Under the pieces are notes generated by a model that made no database searches, was not told where the DNA came from, and saw nothing but the letters and a program-made list of their open reading frames with translations. A stretch of 64,000 bases of DNA from Thermovirgaceae bacterium (lineage in GTDB: Bacteria; Synergistota; Synergistia; Synergistales; Thermovirgaceae): the NCBI GenBank assembly GCA_040767805.1, contig JAXGNU010000005.1, positions 52,701 through 116,700 of the forward strand, given 5' to 3'. This document shows, one piece after another, positions 48,016-55,244 of this stretch. The translations under genes and the position numbers were made by a program. The stretch's first letter is position 1. Each line of letters starts with the position of its first letter.

Positions 48016-48028
48016 CAAAAGTGAAATT

Positions 48029-48571
48029 ATGCAAAGATTCTATGGGGTTGAGGTAGTCATCGTGGAACGTGAACCGATACTTGACAGAGTCGAATCCCTG
48101 GGTATTGAGTATGAAAGAAAGTACGGAGGATGCTCCCAGTGCGTTATAGGAGCCATCCGGGATACTTTCGGCGGGATCGACGACAGCGTGTTCAAGGCTG
48201 CTACTGGTCTGGCCGGCGGAGTTGGGCTAACAGGGGCTACCTGCGGGGCTTTGACTGGTGCGGCAATGGCGATCGGTGCCTTCTTGGGAAGGGAGTATGA
48301 TCAGTTCGCCGATCCCGAAAGGATCAGGTTCACGACCTTTGAACTGGTTCGTCGCATGGTGGCCCGCTTTGAACAAGAATACGGAAGCACCCTGTGCCGG
48401 CATATTCAGGAAAAGATCATGGGCCGCTCCTACAAGCTCTATGACGAAGGTGAGCACAAGGCCTTTATTGAAGCCGGGGGCCACGACGACAAATGTCCTG
48501 TTGTCGTCGGTAAGGCCGCCCGATGGGTGGCCGAGATCCTGCTTGAGGAGGGCCTTGTGCAAGGTCATTGA
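48029..48571 (+). CDS. C_GCAxxG_C_C family protein
   Basis: YGGCSQCV and TGATCGALTGA motifs, plus C-terminal CRH and DDKCP cysteines. Confidence 0.8.
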   Translation: MQRFYGVEVVIVEREPILDRVESLGIEYERKYGGCSQCVIGAIRDTFGGIDDSVFKAATGLAGGVGLTGATCGALTGAAMAIGAFLGREYDQFADPERIRFTTFELVRRMVARFEQEYGSTLCRHIQEKIMGRSYKLYDEGEHKAFIEAGGHDDKCPVVVGKAARWVAEILLEEGLVQGH

Positions 48572-48604
48572 GCGTTTAAGATCTCAACCTGGGAGGTCAA
48601 CTCA

Positions 48605-48973
48605 ATGAAAAGAGAGATCCGCACCGATCGGTCGCCCGACCCGATAGGACCCTATTCCCAGGGCCTGGTGGTGGGCGGCAGGATCTACGTCTCTGGGCAG
48701 GGGCCGCTGGACCCCGCCACCGGCAAGATCCCCGGGACCATCGAGGAACAGACGCGGCAGGTCCTGATCAACATCAGGAATATCCTCGAAGCCGGCGGGG
48801 CCACCATGGAACAGGTGGTCAAGACCACCGTCCACCTCGCCGATCTCAAGGATTTCCAGGCCTTCAACGACGTTTACAAGGAATTTTTTAATCCCCCTTA
48901 CCCGGTGAGGACCACCGTGGGTAGCGCGCTGCTGGGCATCCTCGTGGAGATCGACGTCATCGCGGAGCTGTAA
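48605..48973 (+). CDS. ridA: RidA (2-iminoacid deaminase) family protein (paralog 3, canonical)
   Basis: PIGPYSQG...G...SGQ.P.DP.TG, R.....L....VEID. 122 aa. Confidence 0.88.
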   Translation: MKREIRTDRSPDPIGPYSQGLVVGGRIYVSGQGPLDPATGKIPGTIEEQTRQVLINIRNILEAGGATMEQVVKTTVHLADLKDFQAFNDVYKEFFNPPYPVRTTVGSALLGILVEIDVIAEL

Positions 48974-48990
48974 AAGGCTGCTTTTCGCAA

Positions 48991-49006
48991 GTTAAGAAAT
49001 GTTAAG
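48991..49006 (+). promoter_or_regulatory. direct repeat GTTAAG-N4-GTTAAG upstream of the response-regulator gene
   Basis: gttaagaaatgttaag, with 10-bp periodicity typical of OmpR-family tandem sites. Confidence 0.4.
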
Positions 49007-49063
49007 GCTCCTTTTACAAGGGGTTACCCTTCTTGACGGCCCTTAAGACCTCCATGGGGTAGT

Positions 49064-49804
49064 ATGGTGAGAACCTTGCCGATCGGGGGGAAAGCCGTGG
49101 AGAGGATACTGCTCGCCGATGACGACGCGGGCCTTTGCGAATTGCTCACCGAGTTCCTTGAATCGGAAGGCTTCAAGGTCGAGTCCGTCCACGACGGGAG
49201 CAAGGTCGTCGCTAGGGTCCTGGCGGAACGGTTCTCGCTGCTGATACTGGACGTAATGCTCCCCGGGCTCTCGGGCATGGAGGTCCTCAAGGAGATCCGG
49301 CGGCAGTCGGCCATCCCCGTCCTGATGCTCACCGCCCGTGGCGACGACGTGGACCGCATCGTGGGCCTCGAACTGGGGGCCGACGATTACCTGCCCAAGC
49401 CCTTCAACCCCAGGGAACTGGTGGCCAGGATCCGGGCGGTGCTGCGCCGGGGGCGCCTCGATGGTTCCCGGGCCCCCCAGGCGGAGGTCTACCGCGTAGG
49501 CGACATGGTCATTGACCCCGCCGCGAGGCATGTGAGCTCCGGCGGCACCCGCATAGAACTGACCACGGTGGAGTTCGACCTGCTGGAGACCCTCGCCCAG
49601 TCGTCGGGGGTCGCCCTGTCGAGGGAGGCCCTGGTGAAAAGCGTCCTGAAAAGGTCCTTCTCCCCCTTCGACAGGAGCCTCGATGTCCATATCAGCAACC
49701 TCCGCCGGAAGATCGGCACCTACCCCGACGGGTCCGAGCGCATCAAAACCATTCGGGGCCTGGGCTACATCCTCGCTCTGCCGCCCGAGGACTTCAAGCC
49801 GTGA
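49064..49804 (+). CDS. OmpR-family response regulator
   Basis: Receiver domain (ILLADDD, LDVMLPG) plus a winged-helix output (RGLGY). An alternative start is GTG 49097. Confidence 0.9.
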   Translation: MVRTLPIGGKAVERILLADDDAGLCELLTEFLESEGFKVESVHDGSKVVARVLAERFSLLILDVMLPGLSGMEVLKEIRRQSAIPVLMLTARGDDVDRIVGLELGADDYLPKPFNPRELVARIRAVLRRGRLDGSRAPQAEVYRVGDMVIDPAARHVSSGGTRIELTTVEFDLLETLAQSSGVALSREALVKSVLKRSFSPFDRSLDVHISNLRRKIGTYPDGSERIKTIRGLGYILALPPEDFKP

Positions 49805-51219
49805 GGGAGCGGAAGCTTTTCCTGAGGATATTCCTATGGTTTCTGGGGGCCATGCTCTTGATGGCCCTCGTGAGCGTCCTCCTGACGGTCTTCATGACCC
49901 AGCAGGGCATCATCCTCACCGGGCAGCAGGAAGCCCTCTCGAACGCCCTGGACAGGAACGGGAAAAGGCTTCTGGAGCTCCATGAGACGGAGACCCCCTC
50001 CCGCCTGAGTGAAGAGATCGAAAGGATCAGGAATGAAACGGGCCTCGCCATATTCATCTTCGACGGGCGGGGGACGCCGGTGCCCATCGAAGGCGGCCCC
50101 TCGGGGGAATTCCTGGTGAGGCTCGGCAAGGACGCCCTGAACCTCCTCGACCAGGGGACCACTTTCCAGACCAGGGGGCAGTTCTCCTCGGTCTTCAGGC
50201 GGCTGGTTTCCCCCTCCGGCAAGGACTACATCCTGGTCGGGTCCTTCCGGAGGTCGCCCTACATCGCAAGGGTCCTTACGGGAAACCCCAAGGCGTTGGC
50301 GATCCACCTCCTGGGGCTCCTTGTCACGGCCCTCGTGTTTTGCTTCCTCCTCGCCCGGTACCTCGCGGATCCCCTGGTCCGGCTGAGCAGGACCGCCCGG
50401 TCCGTCTCGGGGGGGCGCCTGGATACCCCGGTGGACGACGGGGTGAAGAAACGTTCCGATGAGATAGGGGAACTGGCCCGCAGCTTCGAGGCCATGACCA
50501 GGCATCTGACGACCCTGCTCGAAGCCCAGCGGCGGCTCATCCAGGACATCTCCCATGAACTGCGCACCCCCCTCGCCCGGCTTGGTGTGGCCCTTGAACT
50601 GGCGCGGAAAAAGTCCGGGGCCGTGGCGAAGGAGTCCCTGGACAGGATAGGACGTGAATCGGAGGTACTGAACGTCATGATAGGGGACCTGCTCTCCCTG
50701 TCGAGGCTCGAGGCGGAGATGGAGCACATGGACTATGAGAAGGCCGATCTCGGGTCTATCCTCGAATCCGTCGTCGAGGACGCCAACTTCGAGGCGAGGG
50801 CTATGAAACGCAAGGTGGAGCTCGTCTACCCCGATGACCTGGGGCTGGTGAGGCTTTACAGCGAACTGGTCCGAAGGGCCGTAGAGAACATCGTTCGCAA
50901 CGGTCTCCGGTACGCCCCCGAAGGGACCTCCGTCATAGTCAGGGCGGAACTTCTGGACAGGGATGGCCGCCCGGGGGTCTCCATCTCGGTCCGCGACCGG
51001 GGGCCCGGGGTTCCTGAAGCGGAACTGGAGGAGATCTTCAAACCCTTCTACAGGACCGAGTCATCCCGCTCCCGTGATACGGGCGGTACCGGCCTCGGCC
51101 TCGCCATCGCACGGAAGGCGGCCCTCGCCCACGGGGGCGATATCCGTGCCGTGCTGCCCCCGGGAGGCGGTCTTCTGGTGGAGATGTGGCTCCCTATCCA
51201 CCCGCAGGGCCGGGTATGA
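49801..51219 (+). CDS. sensor histidine kinase (periplasmic domain-HAMP-HisKA-HATPase; CpxA/EnvZ-like architecture)
   Basis: Two TM helices, a HAMP domain, H-box SHELRTPL, and N/G boxes (DRGPGV, GGTGLGLAI). The GTG start overlaps the RR stop codon. Confidence 0.9.
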   Translation: MRERKLFLRIFLWFLGAMLLMALVSVLLTVFMTQQGIILTGQQEALSNALDRNGKRLLELHETETPSRLSEEIERIRNETGLAIFIFDGRGTPVPIEGGPSGEFLVRLGKDALNLLDQGTTFQTRGQFSSVFRRLVSPSGKDYILVGSFRRSPYIARVLTGNPKALAIHLLGLLVTALVFCFLLARYLADPLVRLSRTARSVSGGRLDTPVDDGVKKRSDEIGELARSFEAMTRHLTTLLEAQRRLIQDISHELRTPLARLGVALELARKKSGAVAKESLDRIGRESEVLNVMIGDLLSLSRLEAEMEHMDYEKADLGSILESVVEDANFEARAMKRKVELVYPDDLGLVRLYSELVRRAVENIVRNGLRYAPEGTSVIVRAELLDRDGRPGVSISVRDRGPGVPEAELEEIFKPFYRTESSRSRDTGGTGLGLAIARKAALAHGGDIRAVLPPGGGLLVEMWLPIHPQGRV

Positions 51220-51304
51220 TCGCCGCCCCTTTAGCAATGATCTCTTCAGTGTGTATAATCGAAAGCGCTGAGGCAGTCCAAGTTCACAAAAGGTGAGATG
51301 ACCC

Positions 51305-52222
51305 TTGAAGGACGATCGCATGACGCCCCCGGTCCTGGCCGCCCTGGTAGCGGTTTATTTTTTTTGGGGGACCACGTACCTGGGGATGAAATTCGCCATC
51401 GAGACGCTTCCCCCTTTCATCATGCTCGGCCTCCGGTTCATCGCGGCGGGGGCCATCATGTTCGCCTGGGAATGGGTGCGGCTCAGGCCCAGGATAACCT
51501 GGGGCCAGTGGAAGGGCATGGGAATTGTCGGCGGCCTCATGCTCCTGGGCGGGACCGGCGGCGTCGCATGGTCGGAGCAGGTGGTGCCCTCCAACATCGC
51601 CGCCGTCGTGGTGGCCACGGTGCCGCTCTGGATAGCCGTCATCCGCTGGGCCTTCCTCCGCCACGACCGCCCCGAGAGGGTGACCATCGTCGGCTTGCTG
51701 ACGGGTTTCGCCGGGATAATCATGCTCGTGGTCTACACCAGCGGTCCCTCCGCGGCCGAGGGTTACGGCCTGGGGCTCGTCGTCCTCGGTTTTTCGACCT
51801 TCCTGTGGTCGGCGGGTTCCCTCTATTCGAGGGCGGCCGATCAGCCCGACTCCCCGGCCCTGGGCATCTCGATGCAGATGCTCGTCGGGGGCCTTCTTAA
51901 CCTCATCGTGGGGATCCTGTGCAACGGCGGTTCCATGGTGCCCCTGGCAGAGGTGTCGATGAGGTCCGCCGTGGCCCTGGCCTACCTAGTCGTGTTCGGG
52001 TCGATCGTGGGCTTCAGTTCCTATATCTGGCTCCTGAAGAAGACCGACCCGGCCCTGGCCTCCAGCTACGCCTACGTGAACCCCGTGGTGGCGATTATCC
52101 TCGGATGGTTGCTGGCCGGCGAGAGGCTCAACACGGGGAGCCTTGCCGCGACGGCGGTCATCCTCTTCGGGGTGATCCTCATCGTGAGGGGGACGGTGAG
52201 GCCCGCCGCCCAGTCGTCCTGA
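51305..52222 (+). CDS. EamA/DMT-family transporter
   Basis: Ten-TM protein with duplicated EamA halves. Start may be ATG 51320. Confidence 0.8.
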   Translation: MKDDRMTPPVLAALVAVYFFWGTTYLGMKFAIETLPPFIMLGLRFIAAGAIMFAWEWVRLRPRITWGQWKGMGIVGGLMLLGGTGGVAWSEQVVPSNIAAVVVATVPLWIAVIRWAFLRHDRPERVTIVGLLTGFAGIIMLVVYTSGPSAAEGYGLGLVVLGFSTFLWSAGSLYSRAADQPDSPALGISMQMLVGGLLNLIVGILCNGGSMVPLAEVSMRSAVALAYLVVFGSIVGFSSYIWLLKKTDPALASSYAYVNPVVAIILGWLLAGERLNTGSLAATAVILFGVILIVRGTVRPAAQSS

Positions 52223-52251
52223 TATCCTGGGCTTCGTCGGGTAACGATAAG

Positions 52252-52291
52252 AAAAGGGAGGGTTCACCCCCAAGGGTGAACCCTCCCTTTT
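52252..52291. terminator. bidirectional intrinsic terminator
   Basis: aaaa-gggagggttcaccc-ccaa-gggtgaaccctccc-tttt. The 14-bp stem is perfect and sits between convergent genes. Confidence 0.85.
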
Positions 52292-52307
52292 GCCGCTTGT
52301 GGGAATC

Positions 52308-53696
52308 CTATTTCCCGTCCTTTACAGGTTTCGTCACCACCGGCGGAAGCGGTTTTTTCTGCCCCGGGGCTGGTCCGGGGTTCTTCGTCAGTATCGGCGG
52401 CACCGGCTTGTTCGGTGCCTTTGGCGGCGCCGGTTTTTCCTGGAACTTCGGTGGCGCCGGCTTGTTCGGTGCCTTCGGCGGCACCGGCTTTTCCTGGAAC
52501 TTCGGTGGCGCTGGCTTGTTCGGTGCCTTTGGCGGCGCAGGCTTTTCCTGGAACTTTGGTGGTGCCGGTTTCTCCTGGAACTTTGGTGGCGCCGGTTTCT
52601 CCTGGAACTTTGGCGGTACCGGTTTCTCCTGGAACTTTGGTGGTGCCGGTTTCTCCTGGAACTTTGGCGGTGCCGGCCTGTTCGGCACATTAGGCGGCGC
52701 CGGTTTTCCCTGGTACTTCGGCGGCACCGGCCTGTCCTGGAACTTCGGCGGCGTCGGCCTTTCGCGGCCCCCCTGCCGGTTTTCCCTCTCCCGGATCAGG
52801 GAATCGAAGGTCTTGCGCTGTCCGTCATCGAGTATCGACCGGAACCTGTCCCTCGAGTCACGGGGCGGTGTCAGGCTTTCCCGGCGCCTTTGGAGTAGGT
52901 CCCGCCTGTACCTGTCGATGTCGCGGAAGGAATCGCGGTCCCAGTTCCTCTTGAGGTAATCCTTCTCGAGGTCCCTGTAGCGCCTCTCCCTGTCCCACCG
53001 GCGTTTGTACAGGTCGTCGTAGTAGCGCTCCATGTCCCTCCTCTGCTTTTCGCTCAGGTGGAGCCTGCGGTCCCAATCCCTCATCGCTTCCCGGTAGTAG
53101 CGGTAATGGTAGTCCCTGAAGCGGTCGGGCCTGTAGTAGTAGTCGTCGTACCAGCGGTCGAAGTATATCTTGAAGGTATAGCGCTGGTTCATGTCCAGGA
53201 TCCTGAAGAACAGGTAGAGAAAATCGTCGATCCTGATCCAGCGGCCGGGCCCGTAACCATAACCGTAACCGTAACCATAATCGTAGCCGTAGCCGGGGTC
53301 GTAATACCTGTCGGTGTCCTGGGCCTGGCTGAGAAGGAGGCCGAAGGCGAGGAGGGCCAAAAAGGTCCGAAAGTTGTCGTTCTCCCGTTCGATCACGACC
53401 CTGGGGCCGCCGGGCCTTATCATCCCGCCGAGGCTGAAGATTGCGTCCAGCCCGCCGGAATACCGCTGGTCGGGCCGGTAACCCCAGTCCCTGCCGCGGA
53501 GTTCCTGGAAGGTGCTCCTCTGGCTGGGCGTAAGGGCGAGGGCCCTCATCAGTTCCGGTGAAAAGAGGCTGTCCACCTCCTCCTCGGCCCAGTAAACCAT
53601 CCCGTCGAGGTCGGGCCCGGCGGCCGAAGCCGCCACGGAGAGGCCCGTGCCGAGGAACAGGCTTCCCAATAGGAGCAGGGCTGTTATCTTTCTCAT
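52308..53696 (-). CDS. secreted LTXXQ-motif (CpxP/Spy-like?) low-complexity protein with a Pro-Lys nonapeptide repeat tail
   Basis: ATG 53696 follows GGAGG. Signal peptide MRKITALLLLGSLFLGTGLSVAASA. Motifs LTPSQ, LSEKQ, LDDGQ. A YG run, an R/D/Y-rich core, and about 14-16 nonapeptide units (most PAPPKFQEK). The longer track ORF (to 53846) is rejected. Confidence 0.75.
   Translation of the reverse strand: MRKITALLLLGSLFLGTGLSVAASAAGPDLDGMVYWAEEEVDSLFSPELMRALALTPSQRSTFQELRGRDWGYRPDQRYSGGLDAIFSLGGMIRPGGPRVVIERENDNFRTFLALLAFGLLLSQAQDTDRYYDPGYGYDYGYGYGYGYGPGRWIRIDDFLYLFFRILDMNQRYTFKIYFDRWYDDYYYRPDRFRDYHYRYYREAMRDWDRRLHLSEKQRRDMERYYDDLYKRRWDRERRYRDLEKDYLKRNWDRDSFRDIDRYRRDLLQRRRESLTPPRDSRDRFRSILDDGQRKTFDSLIRERENRQGGRERPTPPKFQDRPVPPKYQGKPAPPNVPNRPAPPKFQEKPAPPKFQEKPVPPKFQEKPAPPKFQEKPAPPKFQEKPAPPKAPNKPAPPKFQEKPVPPKAPNKPAPPKFQEKPAPPKAPNKPVPPILTKNPGPAPGQKKPLPPVVTKPVKDGK
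52395..52760. repeat. tandem 27-bp coding repeats (about 14 units)
   Basis: Units such as ggtttctcctggaactttggtggtgcc repeat head to tail, in frame with the minus-strand CDS (KPAPPKFQE). This also creates spurious long plus-strand ORFs. Confidence 0.9.
53253..53294. repeat. hexanucleotide microsatellite (GTAACC/ATAACC/GTAGCC x7) encoding a YG run
   Basis: Read directly. Encodes GYGYDYGYGYGYGYG on the minus strand. Confidence 0.9.
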
Positions 53697-53804
53697 GGGG
53701 CGTACCTCCGTTTCTCGAGAAAGGTATTCCCTTTCATGATCTCTTCGCGGTCCATTACCGATCCTCATTCTAGGGTCCATCTCATTAAGGTGCCCTTTGA
53801 AAAT

Positions 53805-53819
53805 GTAAAGAATTGTATA
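53805..53819. promoter_or_regulatory. GTAAA-N5-GTATA direct repeat upstream of the LTXXQ gene (CpxR-box-like)
   Basis: gtaaagaattgtata, about 110-125 nt upstream of ATG 53696. Nearby is cATTAAGGtgc, compared with GTTAAGGctc at 49001. Confidence 0.35.
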
Positions 53820-53867
53820 GACCGCGAACGGGAGGGTGCGCCTCAAGGTCAGCCCCTCGAGGGGGCT

Positions 53868-54695
53868 TTATTCGATCTCCTGCATGGCCTGGGCCCTCGC
53901 TTCGGCCGAAAGGGTTCGGGCCCTCGCGGAAGCCGCACTGATGGCCTTCATGAAGGCCGTCCGGATGCGGCTTTCCTCCAGTTCGTAGATCCCGTCAATG
54001 GTCACCCCTCCCGGGGTCAGCACCATGTCCCTCAACTCGGCGGGGTGTTTTCCCGTCTCAAGGAGGAGGCACGATGCCCCTATGGCCGTGTGGGCCGCCG
54101 CTATCAGGGCGAGGTTCCTGGGGAGCCCCTCCCTGAGCGCCCCGTATATCATGGATTCGATCACGGTGAAGATGTAGGCCGGCCCCGAGCCCGACATGGC
54201 CGTAAGGACGTCCAGGTATTGTTCATCCACCTGCTGGATCTCTCCCAGTTCCATCAGTATCCTCTCCAGCAGGGGGAGCCTCTCCGCGGGGAAATCCCGC
54301 TCGGGGTAGAAGAGGGTAAACCCCTTGTGGATCCGGACGGCGATATTCGTCATCGCCCTGACGAAGTGGGCCTTCGGCGCCGCCAGCTTCAGTATATCCG
54401 TCGAAATGGCCGCGGCGAAGGATACGACGGTCTTGCCGCTGACGGTCTCGGCGATCTCCTTGAGGACCGGGACCACCTGCGCCGGCTTGACGGACAGGAT
54501 CACCAGGTCGGCGTCCTCGGCGGCCGCCCTGTTGTCGGAGGTCACCCTGACGCCCTTTTCGCTGAGCCCGTTCAGTTTGTCGAAGCTTCGGCGCGTCGCC
54601 GTCACCGGGTATCGCGGCACAAGCGCCTCCGCGATGGCCCCTCCGACGATTCCGGCGCCGATCACGCAAATCCTTGTCTCGTCTTTCTCCTTCAT
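53868..54695 (-). CDS. proC: pyrroline-5-carboxylate reductase
   Basis: ICVIGAGIVGGAI Rossmann motif, SGSGPAY, TPGGVTI. Start ATG 54695. The 61-codon upstream extension of the track ORF is rejected. Confidence 0.9.
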   Translation of the reverse strand: MKEKDETRICVIGAGIVGGAIAEALVPRYPVTATRRSFDKLNGLSEKGVRVTSDNRAAAEDADLVILSVKPAQVVPVLKEIAETVSGKTVVSFAAAISTDILKLAAPKAHFVRAMTNIAVRIHKGFTLFYPERDFPAERLPLLERILMELGEIQQVDEQYLDVLTAMSGSGPAYIFTVIESMIYGALREGLPRNLALIAAAHTAIGASCLLLETGKHPAELRDMVLTPGGVTIDGIYELEESRIRTAFMKAISAASARARTLSAEARAQAMQEIE

Positions 54696-54712
54696 GATGA
54701 TCCCCCCTGGGT

Positions 54713-54744
54713 AATAAAATGCCGCCGACCCGGAGGTCGGCGGC
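54713..54744 (-). terminator. intrinsic terminator inside the proC 5' leader (attenuator or sRNA 3' end)
   Basis: Minus strand reads GCCGCCGACC-UCCG-GGUCGGCGGC AUUUUAUU, ending 17 nt before ATG 54695. Confidence 0.65.
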
Positions 54745-54916
54745 CCTGGATGCTTTCGCGTTGAACATGTCACTGGGTCAGGACAAGACCGTACCTTCCC
54801 GGGAGGGGCTCTTTCGGGACCTGGGCGGGACGCACGGGTTAGGTCGGGTCGTTCTTCTGACGGAAACCTGCATGACAACGCTCCTCGCTTGAAGTCACCT
54901 TGATCGGTCGAGGAAA

Positions 54917-54945
54917 AAGATACCCCCAGATCCCGCTTTCGTCAA
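54917..54945 (-). promoter_or_regulatory. sigma70-type promoter for the proC leader
   Basis: Minus strand reads TTGACG (54945-54940), a 17-nt spacer, then TATCTT (54922-54917). Confidence 0.5.
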
Positions 54946-55016
54946 TACCCGGGTTCGATCCTGCTTGAAAAGAGGGGGACCTTGAGGTTAACCTTCTTAA
55001 CGGGAGGGGGTCCGTA

Positions 55017-55226
55017 ATGGCAAGATGGCTCATGGCCGCCGGCGTGGTCCTGTTGTTGCTGGGGGCGGTCCTTCACTTCGCCCCCTGGCTCCTGTCATGG
55101 TTCGGCAAACTCCCCGGGGATATCTGCTACGAGACGGGGCGGACGAGGGTTTTCATACCCATCACTTCGATGGTCATCATCAGCCTTGTCCTTACGCTGG
55201 TGATGAACCTGCTCTCCAGGAGGTAA
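55017..55226 (+). CDS. DUF2905-family small membrane protein
   Basis: 69 aa, two TM helices flanking GKLPGDI. Confidence 0.7.
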   Translation: MARWLMAAGVVLLLLGAVLHFAPWLLSWFGKLPGDICYETGRTRVFIPITSMVIISLVLTLVMNLLSRR

Positions 55227-55244
55227 CGGGTACTCCGGCAGGCC

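Noticed and set aside
52395-52760. Regular short repeats that might suggest a CRISPR array.
   Set aside because: The units are contiguous (27 bp, no spacers), in frame within a CDS and not palindromic, and no cas genes are present.
51919-52959. 346-aa and 202-aa plus-strand ORFs with GGAGFSWNF-type repeats.
   Set aside because: They are the antisense reading of the 27-bp repeat array. The minus-strand frame has a signal peptide, an SD and a continuous non-repeat N-terminal domain, and the plus-strand ORFs run through the terminator hairpin at 52252-52291.
54760-54900. GGGTCAGGAC... segment that might be SRP (4.5S) RNA.
   Set aside because: It lacks the conserved GGAAGCAGC/GNAR helix-8 core on either strand.
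54951-54961. GGGTTCGATCC, a tRNA T-loop-like string, which might mark a tRNA, tmRNA or att remnant.
   Set aside because: The flanking bases do not form a T-stem (CCCGG is followed after the loop by CTGCT). No acceptor, D or anticodon arms could be built. The region is better explained as the divergent promoter region of proC and the DUF2905 gene.
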